DNA of 63,923 bases, filler included, from an uncultured bacterium (GTDB taxonomy: Bacteria > Hinthialibacterota > Hinthialibacteria > Hinthialibacterales > Hinthialibacteraceae), in assembly GCA_964449065.1 (NCBI GenBank). It is 6 parts of 6 records of this genome, joined end to end, with 100 filler letters (N's around TTAATTAATTAA, not from the genome) between each part and the next. Parts side by side here need not be neighbours in the genome. Positions count along the whole stretch, not along the records: positions 11,575 to 22,983 come from CAYVAZ010000159.1; positions 23,084 to 34,438 come from CAYVAZ010000160.1; 4 more parts are not named here. The stretch is one strand, 5' to 3'. The notes beneath the pieces were generated by a model. The model made no database searches. It saw only the letters and a list, made by a program, of their open reading frames with translations, and had not been told where the DNA came from. This document shows, piece by piece, positions 19,695 through 29,109 of the stretch; position 1 is the stretch's first letter, and every line of letters starts with the position of its first letter. Made by a program: the position numbers and the translations under genes.

Positions 19695-19848
19695 GCCTTC
19701 CTATCGGCGGCATATAATTTTACCACAAGCCCGCACTGGAATGACTCCTTGATTAAAAATCCTGCAACCGGATGAGAGAAAATACCTATGAAGCGGGGCA
19801 GGGGTGTCAAAGAAAAATAGGACGGTGCAATTTAGCCCGAAGACTTGA

Positions 19849-19883
19849 GGGCGCAATAATTGCTGTTTGCGCCCGCATTTTTA
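19849..19883 (+). terminator. Possible terminator downstream of the tRNA-like RNA
   Basis: GGGCGCAA..TTGCGCCC stem followed by a T-rich tract. Confidence 0.45.
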
Positions 19884-20074
19884 TTGATAGCCCTGACAGG
19901 CTATAGATCATGTCGTTCCCGCGTTGCAGAAACTTAAATAATGAATCTTTCGATGCTTTGTGGTACATTACTTCGTAATGTTTTTTATAAAGCAAGCCAT
20001 GTATTGTCATGACAATACAGCTTGGCAAGGGGGTAACGCCCCCCGTTGCATCCAACTAAAAAAGCGCAGGGAAG

Positions 20075-20488
20075 ATGGAAGAAACAACTGAACCAGCTAC
20101 GCAAAAACGCCCCGTTTATGATGATAAGATCGAGCTGCGGTGTTACAAGCATGAGCGTGAAAACGCGCTCGAAAATGCGAGGCTGGCAGGGTTCAGGTTT
20201 CTATCTGCTTACATTCGTCATCGTTGCTTTTTTGATCCTGTGACCGGTGAGGCACATGACCAGCCCAAAAGAAAGCCAAGCAAAAAAATGCCATTGGCTA
20301 CGATGGACGAGCTGGCCAAAATGACCAGAGAGTTGAACGCGATTGGAAACAATTTAAATCAGCTTGCAACTCTAGCGCATACAGACCGCATTCCTAATGC
20401 GGATCGTTATGAAGCCCGATTGGAAGAGGGGGTGTTTGAGTTGCAAACCTGCGTTGCAACCATCATGAAATATGTAGGGGGTACATAA
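20075..20488 (+). CDS. mobC: Mobilization accessory protein MobC
   Basis: RHH-like LSAYIR and ELNAIGNNLNQLA motifs; directly upstream of the relaxase. Confidence 0.88.
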   Translation: MEETTEPATQKRPVYDDKIELRCYKHERENALENARLAGFRFLSAYIRHRCFFDPVTGEAHDQPKRKPSKKMPLATMDELAKMTRELNAIGNNLNQLATLAHTDRIPNADRYEARLEEGVFELQTCVATIMKYVGGT

Positions 20489-20491
20489 ATC

Positions 20492-22195
20492 ATGATTATT
20501 AAATCAAGTATCAGAGGATATTCCGGCGAGTTGGCGCGGCATTTAGGAAACGGGCATGATAACGAACAAGTCCGGATTATTGGTGCAAGCAACAATTTTA
20601 TGCGTTTTGACCGGCTTGGATTGTCCAATTCAGAAGAATTGCACCTGCTTCTAAAACAGATGGATTTGGAAGCAACCGGTCATAAAAAGGACAGCAACCA
20701 TCTTTGTCATGTGAGCATAAGTCCGGAAGTTGAAATGGACGAGATACAATATGCCCGTTCTTGGGAGCTGTATGAACGTGAGTTCAAGCTAGAGGGTAGA
20801 ATGTATATCGAGGTTGAGCATGAAAAAGAAGGCCGCACACACCGGCACCGCGTATATTATGCCTTGGACGAGAAGGGGCGTTATATGAATAATTCCAGCA
20901 GTTATCCCCGCAACGAGAAAGTTGCACGGTTGCTTGAATTTGAATTTGGCCATGATCCTACGGCAGGGCGGTTTAATCAGGCCGTCCATAACTGGCTCTT
21001 AAGCCGTGATAAAGAGATCGAGGTCGCGGAATGGATGGAAGATTGCGGGTTGCTTTATTGTGAAAGGCCGGTTGCACAACAGACATTTCGGGAAAAGCAG
21101 ATTTCCGAGCGCACCGGCCTCGATCAGGCCGCCATAAAAGAATTTGTGGCTCTATCCTACGAAAATTCAGATACCGGCAAGGCTTTTGAAGCATCACTGG
21201 CCGAACATAATCTTTATCTGACCAGAGGTGATCGTGATTCAAGGCGCGGCAGGGCAGGGCGGTTTGTTATTGTTGATGGTGGCGGTACGGCAACGTCTTT
21301 AAATCGTTGCGGCGTTAAGATTAAGGAATTTTCCGAAAAGTTTTCAGACATACGATATGAGCATTTGCCGACCGCTTCTTCCGTTCAGGATCATGTTCGT
21401 GAACAAAATAAGGATCAGGATAAAGAGCGCGAGGGCAAAGATGGTGGCGGTGAAAACTGGCGCGAGTTAAAAGCACAGAACAAATTGTTAAAATCTGAAT
21501 CTGAAAACCTGAAAAACCTGGATGAAAAATTCGCGAGGCACATACAGGGGCTTTGGGATCAATACCACAAAGCCAAAGAGCCGTATCAGGATAAGATTGA
21601 TAAGGTTTACTATTACAAGAAGGAAAAGCTTAAAAAATCTTATAAGCCCCAATGGAGGAAGCTTTTTCGGAAGCATGAGAATGATATTAGGCGCGCCAAA
21701 GCCGACTATATCAATATTCCGAACAAGTTAGTGCTACTATACAAATATAGAAAAGAGATCAGGCAGCACTATGGCCAAAAAGAGTTTTGGAAATATGCCC
21801 GTTTTTGGTTCAGTAAGAAGAAGCAGTTGGATTTTATTGAAAAAGGCCATCTGGCAGATAAGAAAAATCTTATGGAGCGATATAGCCGTGATTGCCTTGA
21901 GCTATATCAAAGAGAGATACCCAAAACCAAGCATTACATGAAAATCCAGACTTTGCGTTTTGAAACAAAGGCGGCTGTAAGTCAGTTGAAGAAAAAACAG
22001 GATGTTGTCCGTGAAACACGCAAGCAAGGATATATTGAACAAAAAAGACAGTTCTTGGAAAGGCAAAAAGAGCATGGCGCATCCTTGCGAGACGATATAG
22101 CCAAAATGAAGGGTAGGGGAATGGGGTTCCGGCCAAAACTGCGCCGGATTGATTTTGAAAAAATGCGCGAACAAGATATTGAGCGCAAAAGATAA
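20492..22195 (+). CDS. Relaxase (MOBP-like HUH)
   Basis: MIIKS N-terminus, HVSISP, EHEKEGRTHRHRVY; basic C-terminus. Confidence 0.85.
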   Translation: MIIKSSIRGYSGELARHLGNGHDNEQVRIIGASNNFMRFDRLGLSNSEELHLLLKQMDLEATGHKKDSNHLCHVSISPEVEMDEIQYARSWELYEREFKLEGRMYIEVEHEKEGRTHRHRVYYALDEKGRYMNNSSSYPRNEKVARLLEFEFGHDPTAGRFNQAVHNWLLSRDKEIEVAEWMEDCGLLYCERPVAQQTFREKQISERTGLDQAAIKEFVALSYENSDTGKAFEASLAEHNLYLTRGDRDSRRGRAGRFVIVDGGGTATSLNRCGVKIKEFSEKFSDIRYEHLPTASSVQDHVREQNKDQDKEREGKDGGGENWRELKAQNKLLKSESENLKNLDEKFARHIQGLWDQYHKAKEPYQDKIDKVYYYKKEKLKKSYKPQWRKLFRKHENDIRRAKADYINIPNKLVLLYKYRKEIRQHYGQKEFWKYARFWFSKKKQLDFIEKGHLADKKNLMERYSRDCLELYQREIPKTKHYMKIQTLRFETKAAVSQLKKKQDVVRETRKQGYIEQKRQFLERQKEHGASLRDDIAKMKGRGMGFRPKLRRIDFEKMREQDIERKR

Positions 22196-22268
22196 TGTAA
22201 ATAATTTACATTTTTTGACATTTTATGTGGTATAATGATAGGAGTTATCGTTGAAAGGATAAACAATC

Positions 22269-22559
22269 ATGGGAATACACGTATCTTTACCCGATGAGCT
22301 GGAATTAAAAATTCACCAGAAAGTCAGCACAGGCATGTATGGCAGTGCAAGCGAAGTTGTGCGCGAGGCCTTGCGCAATTTTTTTGCTGGCGATACCGCG
22401 ACCGAAGAAGTCGATATCACCGATGAAGAATTTCTTACATTTTTCGGACCGATGATCGAAGAAGCCGACGCCACGCCTGATGAGGATTATATTTCTTGGG
22501 ACGAGCTGCAAGCCGGTAAAGACAAAATACGCCAGAAATACCATGACAATGGCCAGTAA
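22269..22559 (+). CDS. parD: ParD-family antitoxin
   Basis: VSLP..KVSTGMYGSASEVVREALR RHH motif with acidic tail. Confidence 0.85.
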   Translation: MGIHVSLPDELELKIHQKVSTGMYGSASEVVREALRNFFAGDTATEEVDITDEEFLTFFGPMIEEADATPDEDYISWDELQAGKDKIRQKYHDNGQ

Positions 22560-22905
22560 ATACGAAATTCTTCTATCGCCTAAATTCAAGCGGGAATACG
22601 AAAAACAATATGAATGGTCGGTCGGAAGACACGGGCAGGTTCAGACCGATGATTTTTTCAATCAACTCGACAAAAAGATTAACAATCTAAAACAAGATCC
22701 AAAGCTTTTTGCTGAAAGAGCGGGCACCGGCTACCGCTTAATGCCAATCAAATCGGCGGTCGTTTTATACAAAGTGGATGATAGAAATAAGCAGGTTAAG
22801 CTTGCTAGTCTGGTTAAAGGCGAGCGTATGAAACAGATATATCAGGAAAGAGGAAGAGAACTCAAAAGAGAGAAGAAGGGCAGGGAATTAGGGCGGTCAA
22901 GATAA
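22549..22905 (+). CDS. parE: ParE/RelE-family toxin with basic C-terminal extension
   Basis: YEILLSP..WSVGRHGQVQTDDF..LKQDP..GYR..VVLYKV; overlaps parD; start 22543 or 22549. Confidence 0.75.
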   Translation: MASKYEILLSPKFKREYEKQYEWSVGRHGQVQTDDFFNQLDKKINNLKQDPKLFAERAGTGYRLMPIKSAVVLYKVDDRNKQVKLASLVKGERMKQIYQERGRELKREKKGRELGRSR

Positions 22906-22932
22906 AAACGAAACGAATTGTTTTACTTATAT

Positions 22933-22983
22933 TAGACCTGTTGCAAAAGTAGGGTAATTTTGTAGCAGGTGCAATTTGTCCTT
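22933..22983. repeat. Right copy of 51-bp inverted repeat
   Basis: TAGACCTGTTGCAAAAGTAGGG..GTCCTT, exact reverse complement of 11575-11625. Confidence 0.9.
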
Positions 22984-23083
22984 NNNNNNNNNNNNNNNNN
23001 NNNNNNNNNNNNNNNNNNNNNNNNNNNTTAATTAATTAANNNNNNNNNNNNNNNNNNNNNNNNNNNNNNNNNNNNNNNNNNNN

Positions 23084-25067
23084 ACGCATTGTATTTCCGG
23101 TTTTGAATGAACACATCTAGCGGGATGATCTCATGCTGCACATAGGTTTCTACTGTCTTGCGCACCATGATCTGATGCGGGACATCACTTACCAAATAGC
23201 GCAAAATCTGCCGCCATAACCGTTCATGATACGGGTCTTCCAATTCCTTTTGCATTTGCCATTGCCAGGTATCGGCAACCGCCATCACGGCGCATTTTCC
23301 TTTTCCATACCGGTGCGATGCCAGCAAAACTTTATCGGCTTCTCCAGGCTTTTCCGTAACCGCCTTTCCCAACAACGCCCCGCCGATGCTCTTCATTCGC
23401 AGCGAATTCACTCCATACAATGGCGGCATCTGCTGCCACAAATACTGATTCTCATCCGGATTCGAAGACAGCGAAAGCGTTCCGCTCAACTCGCCTTCGA
23501 GAGTAGCCGTTAAATAATGCGGTGATGGATCATGGGGATTAAACGAATCATGCGAATCCGGCAGCGCCGGAATCATCCCCGCCAAAATCCCGGTCGAATC
23601 CTGCTCGGATAGAAAGGAGCGGTCCCCACCCAAAATCAACAACGCCCCGCCCCGTTTATCCACGAACTCCTTGGTCAACTCCAACTGTTTCAACGAAAAA
23701 TAATCCGGTTCAATATCGCCAAAGATGATTCCATCATATTCAAACAACTCCTCCGCTTCACGGGGAAAGCCTTTAACCAGTTCATGTTCTTTCGCACCCA
23801 AGCGCAAAAACACAGCCTCATCATAACGGCTATACTTCTCTTGATCCTGCTCAAATCCGTCAAACAATGGGTTGGTTAAACTGGTATCGGCACCTTTATA
23901 TTCAAATTTGGTTTCCGCTGCCGAAATACGTATTAAACTGGTAATCCGAAATTCCGGCTCATCAACAATCGCGCTACGGATAAACTTATTCTCCCAATTG
24001 GGACGGCCGCTAAAATACAATATGCGGTATTCTTTCTTGGATGCATCCACAAGAATTTCATGCTCATTATTCTGTGTAACAAAATCCTTACCCCGCACGG
24101 CTATATCCTGCACCGCCGCTTTCGTCGTACCGGTGGAGCTCTCCTTTAAACGAACCCGTGCCTTATACGCAATCCATTCCTGCCGGTCCGGCACAAACTC
24201 AAACTGCACTGTATTCTTTTGTGTTTCCGAATCCACAACAATCTCTTTAGAATCAATCACTTTATTTCCGTCAATGATTTCAACAATAACCGTCTCGCCA
24301 TCCAATCCGTATGATTCGATATCCACATTCGCGATCACTGGATTCTTATCAAAATCCGAACGCGAATACGAAATATGCGCGATCGACGTATCGCTCCAAT
24401 CTACTACATCTCCCGTTCCGACGGTATAAACCGGCACGGCAAAATCATCCAATGATTGCACCGGGTAACCGGTTACACTTCCTTGATCCTGGCCGTCTGA
24501 AAACAGCACGATCGCCGATACCCCCATCCCGCTTATATCCATCTTTGCCAAATGCGTGGACGCAACCAGATTCGATTCCGGCTGTTGAAACGTTAACTGC
24601 TTCTCATCCCGAATCCGCTCGATTGACCGTCCCACACGGTATTTCATAATACGGTAGCGGTCGGATAACTTATCTTCAAATGTTTCCGATTGCGCTTCAT
24701 ACTCTTGCAACAAGCGGTCACCCCGCGATTCTACCGTCTTGCCGGATATCTGCATGCTCTTGCTGTCATCAAATAAAATCAGAACATATTGATCGCCGGG
24801 CTCGGATAAATATCCGGTAATGGTTGGATTCATCGCCAGAAACAAAGCCAGCAATGTGATCAATGTTCTGGAACCGGTTAAATAAAGTTTTAGAAAAAAG
24901 GGAGTCTTTCTCAAATGAAGAAAATAGTAGTAGGCACAAAACAGCGATACCGCGATCAGCAATAAAACCGCCGATTGCGTATTAAACCAGAACTGAAATT
25001 CAAAACGCGGCTGAATGACAGAAGACGCATCCTCAATCCCCAACCACTGCATAAGGGTCTCTAACAT
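23084..25067 (-). CDS. Membrane vWA-like / glutamine-amidotransferase-like protein, 3' end truncated by contig edge
   Basis: DDSKSM MIDAS-like, FSDG, YDGIIFGD, GGALLILGG, YGKGK..DTWQW. Confidence 0.75.
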
Positions 25068-25089
25068 AAATCGTATTTAGTCCATCGGT

Positions 25090-28000
25090 TTATTGCACCG
25101 TCTCCACTTCGGATAAGTGCTTGAAGTATTCCGCTACAAATTCTTCATACTGATGCGGCACGCTGCCTTCATCGGCAATAAAGACTTCTTGATCTTTCAA
25201 CCGTTCGTTGATCTCACGCTGCAATTCGGATGCCGTCATCGCCAAAGGCATAGCGATTTTTTCCAAAAACAGATCATACTTCGGTAAACTGTTTTCATCG
25301 CGGTACCTCTTGCGCAGTTCTTCCAACTCTTCCCGGATACGGCTCACCTCATCCCGGTACCGTTCGTTATCCGCCAAAAACCCTTCCGCGTTTCGCAATG
25401 AATCCAGCCAATCCCGGTAGCCGCTGTCTAAAAAGTCATCCAATTCACTCTCATTGATCTGAGGCATAAACCCATCAAACGGGGCTGTATCGCGGTCATA
25501 CCCGCCGCCATTTTGTCTTCCACCGGCTTGGCGGTTTTGTGCATCACCCGGTTGCATGCGGTCTAATTGACGGTCACTACGCTGTCCGTTTTGATTGCCT
25601 CGACTTTCGCCGTCTTGACCTTCACCACCTTGCTGTCCCTGTCCTGGTTGAAATTGTCCTGGTTGAAATTGTCCTGGTTGAAATTGTCCTGGTTNNNNNN
25701 NNNNNNNNNNNNNNNNNNNNNNNNNNNNNNNNNNNNNNNNNNNNNNNNNNNNNNNNNNNNNNNNNNNNNNNNNNNNNNNNNNNNNNNNNNNNNNTCCTGG
25801 TTGAAATTGTCCTGGTTGAAATTGTCCTGGTTGAAATTGTCCTGGTTGAGATTGTCCTGGTTGAGATTGTCCTTGTGGAGATTGTCCTGGCTGCTGACCT
25901 TGTCCCTGTTGACTTTGCCCCTGTTGGCCTTGTCCTTCTTGTTCTTGTCCCTGCTGATTTTGACGCTGAGATTCCTGGCCGCTTTGCCCGCTCTGTTCTT
26001 GTTGAGATTGCTGTGCCTGCGCTTGTCCCTGCTGCCCTTGCTGACTTTCTCCCTGCTGAGATTGAGAATCGTTCTCACCCGGATTTCCCATCGCAATGGA
26101 ACGGGTCGTTTCACCAATACCAGCCTCCGCGGATGAAGCCTGTGTTTCCGAATCCAGCATATCCTTCATTTCTGACAGCGCCCGCCGCATTCCTTCCAAA
26201 TCATCATCCACCATCAATTCGGCGACGTCCTTCAATTCGCCGGCAGCCGATGCCAGTTTATCCCCAATGGCTTCTTCATTCTCTAACGCCTTATCATAAA
26301 TGCCATACTTCAACAAAGGCATTCGTTCTTCTTCCTGCATGTCTTCCAATATTCCCTTTTGGCTGGTGCGCCGCAGCCAATCGCCCAATTTTTGCGACAT
26401 CAATTCCTGGCTTTCATTTGAGCGTTCCGCCAATTCTGCCGCTTCATCCATCAACCGGCGAAAATCTTGGGCCAATTCTTGTTTCTTTTTTAAGAGTTCT
26501 TCTTTGTTGTCTTGGCTGTTGTCTTCCAATGAGCCGCCGCTTTGTTCTTGTGATTCCTGAATCCCGTTTATGCTGGAAATAATATCATCCTGCTTTTCCA
26601 CCATCGTTTGCATATCGTCCTGCAAGCGTCTCATGCGCTGTTCCGCCGCATCCCGCGATAGATTCTCAATCTCCCTCTCCATATCGTTCAACGCGCTCAC
26701 CGCGCGTGAGCCGGATGTCCTCGCTTCCTGCAACTGTTCCTCATTCAGTTGTTCCAGCGTTTCATTCATTCGTTCGCGTGCTTCGTTCATGGCCTGCTCT
26801 GCTTGGCGTGTTTCCTCCGTATTCATATTATTCCGCGCCAATTCACGTTGGAGTTCATCCAGGCTTTCTAAATTGTTGCGCTCTTCTTCCCGCAACCGTT
26901 CCAGTTGCCGCTCCAACTCTTCTTTATCCTTTTCTTGCTGAAGTTCCGAAATCAACCGCGCGATCTCTTCATTCACATTCTTTTGCCGCTGCGTTAGTTC
27001 TTTTAATTTGTTTAATACTTCATTGGATTGCTGCATCTGCTGGCCGGTACGCGATTCTTCTTCATAAAAATTACGCTGGCGGTTCATCTCCAATTCATTT
27101 AACTCAGCCAACTGATTTTGTTGGCCTCCACCGCCGCCCCCGCCGCCGCCTTGCTGGCGTGTTTGCTGGACCTGACGTTCTTCCGGTTCCATCTTCAACA
27201 AATAGTGATGGGCTAACTGCGCATTCTCTAACGCTTCGGTTAAGTTCCCCTCCGGTTTTGGAAGTTCTGACTTCTCCATTTCCACAATAACGGTATTCAT
27301 CGCCTCGATCATACTGTCCCAATAGGGCGAACCGGTTTGTCCGTTCTGTGCCGTTTGCTGCAAGATGCCGGCTTGCGCTTCCACAACGGCATCCCGTTTT
27401 TCGGTATATTCCTCTTCGTTATAGTCCGCAGCCGATTTCCGCAGATTCCAAATGGCAATCGTCACATCCTTCTGCTCCCCGGCTTGTGTTTCTTGGTTGC
27501 CCTGCTGCTGTTGTTGTTGACCGCCGCCGGCATTGCTCATCGCCTCTTGAAACAGACGGCGGTAGGGACGGATCTCGATAAAGAACGGATCGCCATAAGC
27601 CTCATACTCATTGCGCCCCGGCATCTGGTCTTCCGCCCAAGCGCTCCATGTTATCAAATCCCCCGGTTCTACACCAATTTGTTCCAACATCATCTTATGG
27701 TTTACGGTAACGTTATGCGGATCATGCCCAGATTCTTTCAAAGAAACACTTACCGCATCTACTTTTCCGGCAATCTCATAGATCAAGCCATAATCTTTCA
27801 AGCCATAATCATCCGAAAACGCGATCTCATACGGAATCTCTTCCAGCATCGTCACTTCCAAATCATCCCGTGGGAACGCAACCTGAATCTCCGGTGCATG
27901 ATCTTGTTCAACCGTAATCTTATATTTGATCTTCAACTCATTTTCATTGCCGTCCGCATCCAGCAAACGCAGATAATATTCATCATTTTCGCTTAATTCC

Positions 28001-29082
28001 AAAACGCAGCTCCACAACGAATCTTCTTCCTCATTAAGCCCCATCCGGCTGCCGTCATCATATACCATATCTACCACAGCCAGTTTTTTGTTGACCCAAA
28101 CATCGACCTTAACCTTCGTCCCCTCAATCCCGGATATCTCACCGCCATTTGGAACATGCTTCTTTTGCCGGTTCAAATACTCCGGATATGTATAGGTCAA
28201 ATCAATCGATTCCACTTTGGGCGGCACCCAAGTTTCGATCTGAAAAATCTCCGATGTCATATCCCCAAAAACGACCTGATACTCCAAATCGCTCTGAACA
28301 TTTCTAAATTGGTGGTACGCGGCGTTCCGCGTGGCATTTGCTTCCATCACCGCGCTTTCCCAATCCGCGTTGGACAACCGCCAGCGAATCGCCGAAGGCT
28401 TCAGTTCTTTCTCGGCTTTGACCAGAACAATTTGATTTTCCCCCTGCTGAATCCGCGCATTCCCCGGTTCAACCGCAAACCCGTCTATCGCAATCCGATC
28501 AAACGGCTCACCAGCCGTGGTATCCGGCTTTGCGGAAAACGTAGGCACCCAGACCGAATATGTCCCGGTAAAGATCGCCGCAACAATAAGCGCGAAGCAA
28601 GCGGTAACCATCAGCATCTTAATGATCTGGTCCGAATCAATCACATCATAAAACGATACTTTGGTAGTCAGGTCTTTTGATTCTTGAAAAAACTTCTCAA
28701 TCATCCAAGTGGTATCATGTTCATTCGAGAAAGACTGCGCGCTGATAATCCGGTTTTCCAAATCCGGATAATACTCTTCGATATGCAGGGCGATTTGCTC
28801 ATCCCTCACCGGCTGCATCAACGGCTGGCTCACCAAAAAGTAAAAAAGAAACATTTCAACAGCAACAAATCCGCCTATCGTATAAACCTTATTCCAGCCT
28901 TCAATCGGGAACATTCCCAGCAAAACGGCAGCGGCAATCACCAACAAAATAGAAGCAAACCCAAACCGTACCCAGCATTTCATCAAGCGGGCATGATGAT
29001 ATTGCACCGCAACCTGGCGGATCTGAAATTTCAATTTATCCGATACGCGTTTGCCTTCATTCATAGCCACTCTCCTGCTCAT
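25090..29082 (-). CDS. DUF4175-like coiled-coil membrane protein with Q/G-rich region (spans internal gap)
   Basis: N-terminal TMs, DDYGL motif, long coiled coil, C-terminal VPHQYEEFVAEYFKHL. Confidence 0.8.
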   Translation of the reverse strand: MSRRVAMNEGKRVSDKLKFQIRQVAVQYHHARLMKCWVRFGFASILLVIAAAVLLGMFPIEGWNKVYTIGGFVAVEMFLFYFLVSQPLMQPVRDEQIALHIEEYYPDLENRIISAQSFSNEHDTTWMIEKFFQESKDLTTKVSFYDVIDSDQIIKMLMVTACFALIVAAIFTGTYSVWVPTFSAKPDTTAGEPFDRIAIDGFAVEPGNARIQQGENQIVLVKAEKELKPSAIRWRLSNADWESAVMEANATRNAAYHQFRNVQSDLEYQVVFGDMTSEIFQIETWVPPKVESIDLTYTYPEYLNRQKKHVPNGGEISGIEGTKVKVDVWVNKKLAVVDMVYDDGSRMGLNEEEDSLWSCVLELSENDEYYLRLLDADGNENELKIKYKITVEQDHAPEIQVAFPRDDLEVTMLEEIPYEIAFSDDYGLKDYGLIYEIAGKVDAVSVSLKESGHDPHNVTVNHKMMLEQIGVEPGDLITWSAWAEDQMPGRNEYEAYGDPFFIEIRPYRRLFQEAMSNAGGGQQQQQQGNQETQAGEQKDVTIAIWNLRKSAADYNEEEYTEKRDAVVEAQAGILQQTAQNGQTGSPYWDSMIEAMNTVIVEMEKSELPKPEGNLTEALENAQLAHHYLLKMEPEERQVQQTRQQGGGGGGGGGQQNQLAELNELEMNRQRNFYEEESRTGQQMQQSNEVLNKLKELTQRQKNVNEEIARLISELQQEKDKEELERQLERLREEERNNLESLDELQRELARNNMNTEETRQAEQAMNEARERMNETLEQLNEEQLQEARTSGSRAVSALNDMEREIENLSRDAAEQRMRRLQDDMQTMVEKQDDIISSINGIQESQEQSGGSLEDNSQDNKEELLKKKQELAQDFRRLMDEAAELAERSNESQELMSQKLGDWLRRTSQKGILEDMQEEERMPLLKYGIYDKALENEEAIGDKLASAAGELKDVAELMVDDDLEGMRRALSEMKDMLDSETQASSAEAGIGETTRSIAMGNPGENDSQSQQGESQQGQQGQAQAQQSQQEQSGQSGQESQRQNQQGQEQEGQGQQGQSQQGQGQQPGQSPQGQSQPGQSQPGQFQPGQFQPGQFQPGXXXXXXXXXXXXXXXXXXXXXXXXXXXXXXXXXXPGQFQPGQFQPGQFQPGQGQQGGEGQDGESRGNQNGQRSDRQLDRMQPGDAQNRQAGGRQNGGGYDRDTAPFDGFMPQINESELDDFLDSGYRDWLDSLRNAEGFLADNERYRDEVSRIREELEELRKRYRDENSLPKYDLFLEKIAMPLAMTASELQREINERLKDQEVFIADEGSVPHQYEEFVAEYFKHLSEVETVQ
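25641..25890 (-). repeat. 15-bp coding tandem repeat (QPGQF/QPGQS)
   Basis: TGTCCTGGTTGAAAT units flank an N gap. Confidence 0.9.
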
Positions 29083-29109
29083 CTCTCACAGCGTTCATTG
29101 TGTTTTTCT

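Noticed and set aside
19591..19713. 40-codon minus-strand ORF across the tRNA-like RNA, and an 11-codon GTG ORF at 19702-19736
   Set aside because: Antisense to a structured RNA with no recognisable motif. The short ORF has an RBS-like AAGGAG but cannot be supported further.
20020..20052. oriT upstream of mobC (GGGGG-TAACG-CCCCC hairpin)
   Set aside because: Position is plausible, but I cannot match a nic consensus confidently.
11575..22983. Linear plasmid with terminal inverted repeats
   Set aside because: No terminal protein, protein-primed polymerase or protelomerase gene, and the repeat interrupts ardA. Collapsed IS ends are the simpler explanation.
25641..25890. CRISPR-like periodicity (also 60340-60553 and 63685-63716)
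   Set aside because: Tandem repeats without unique spacers; no cas genes in the window.
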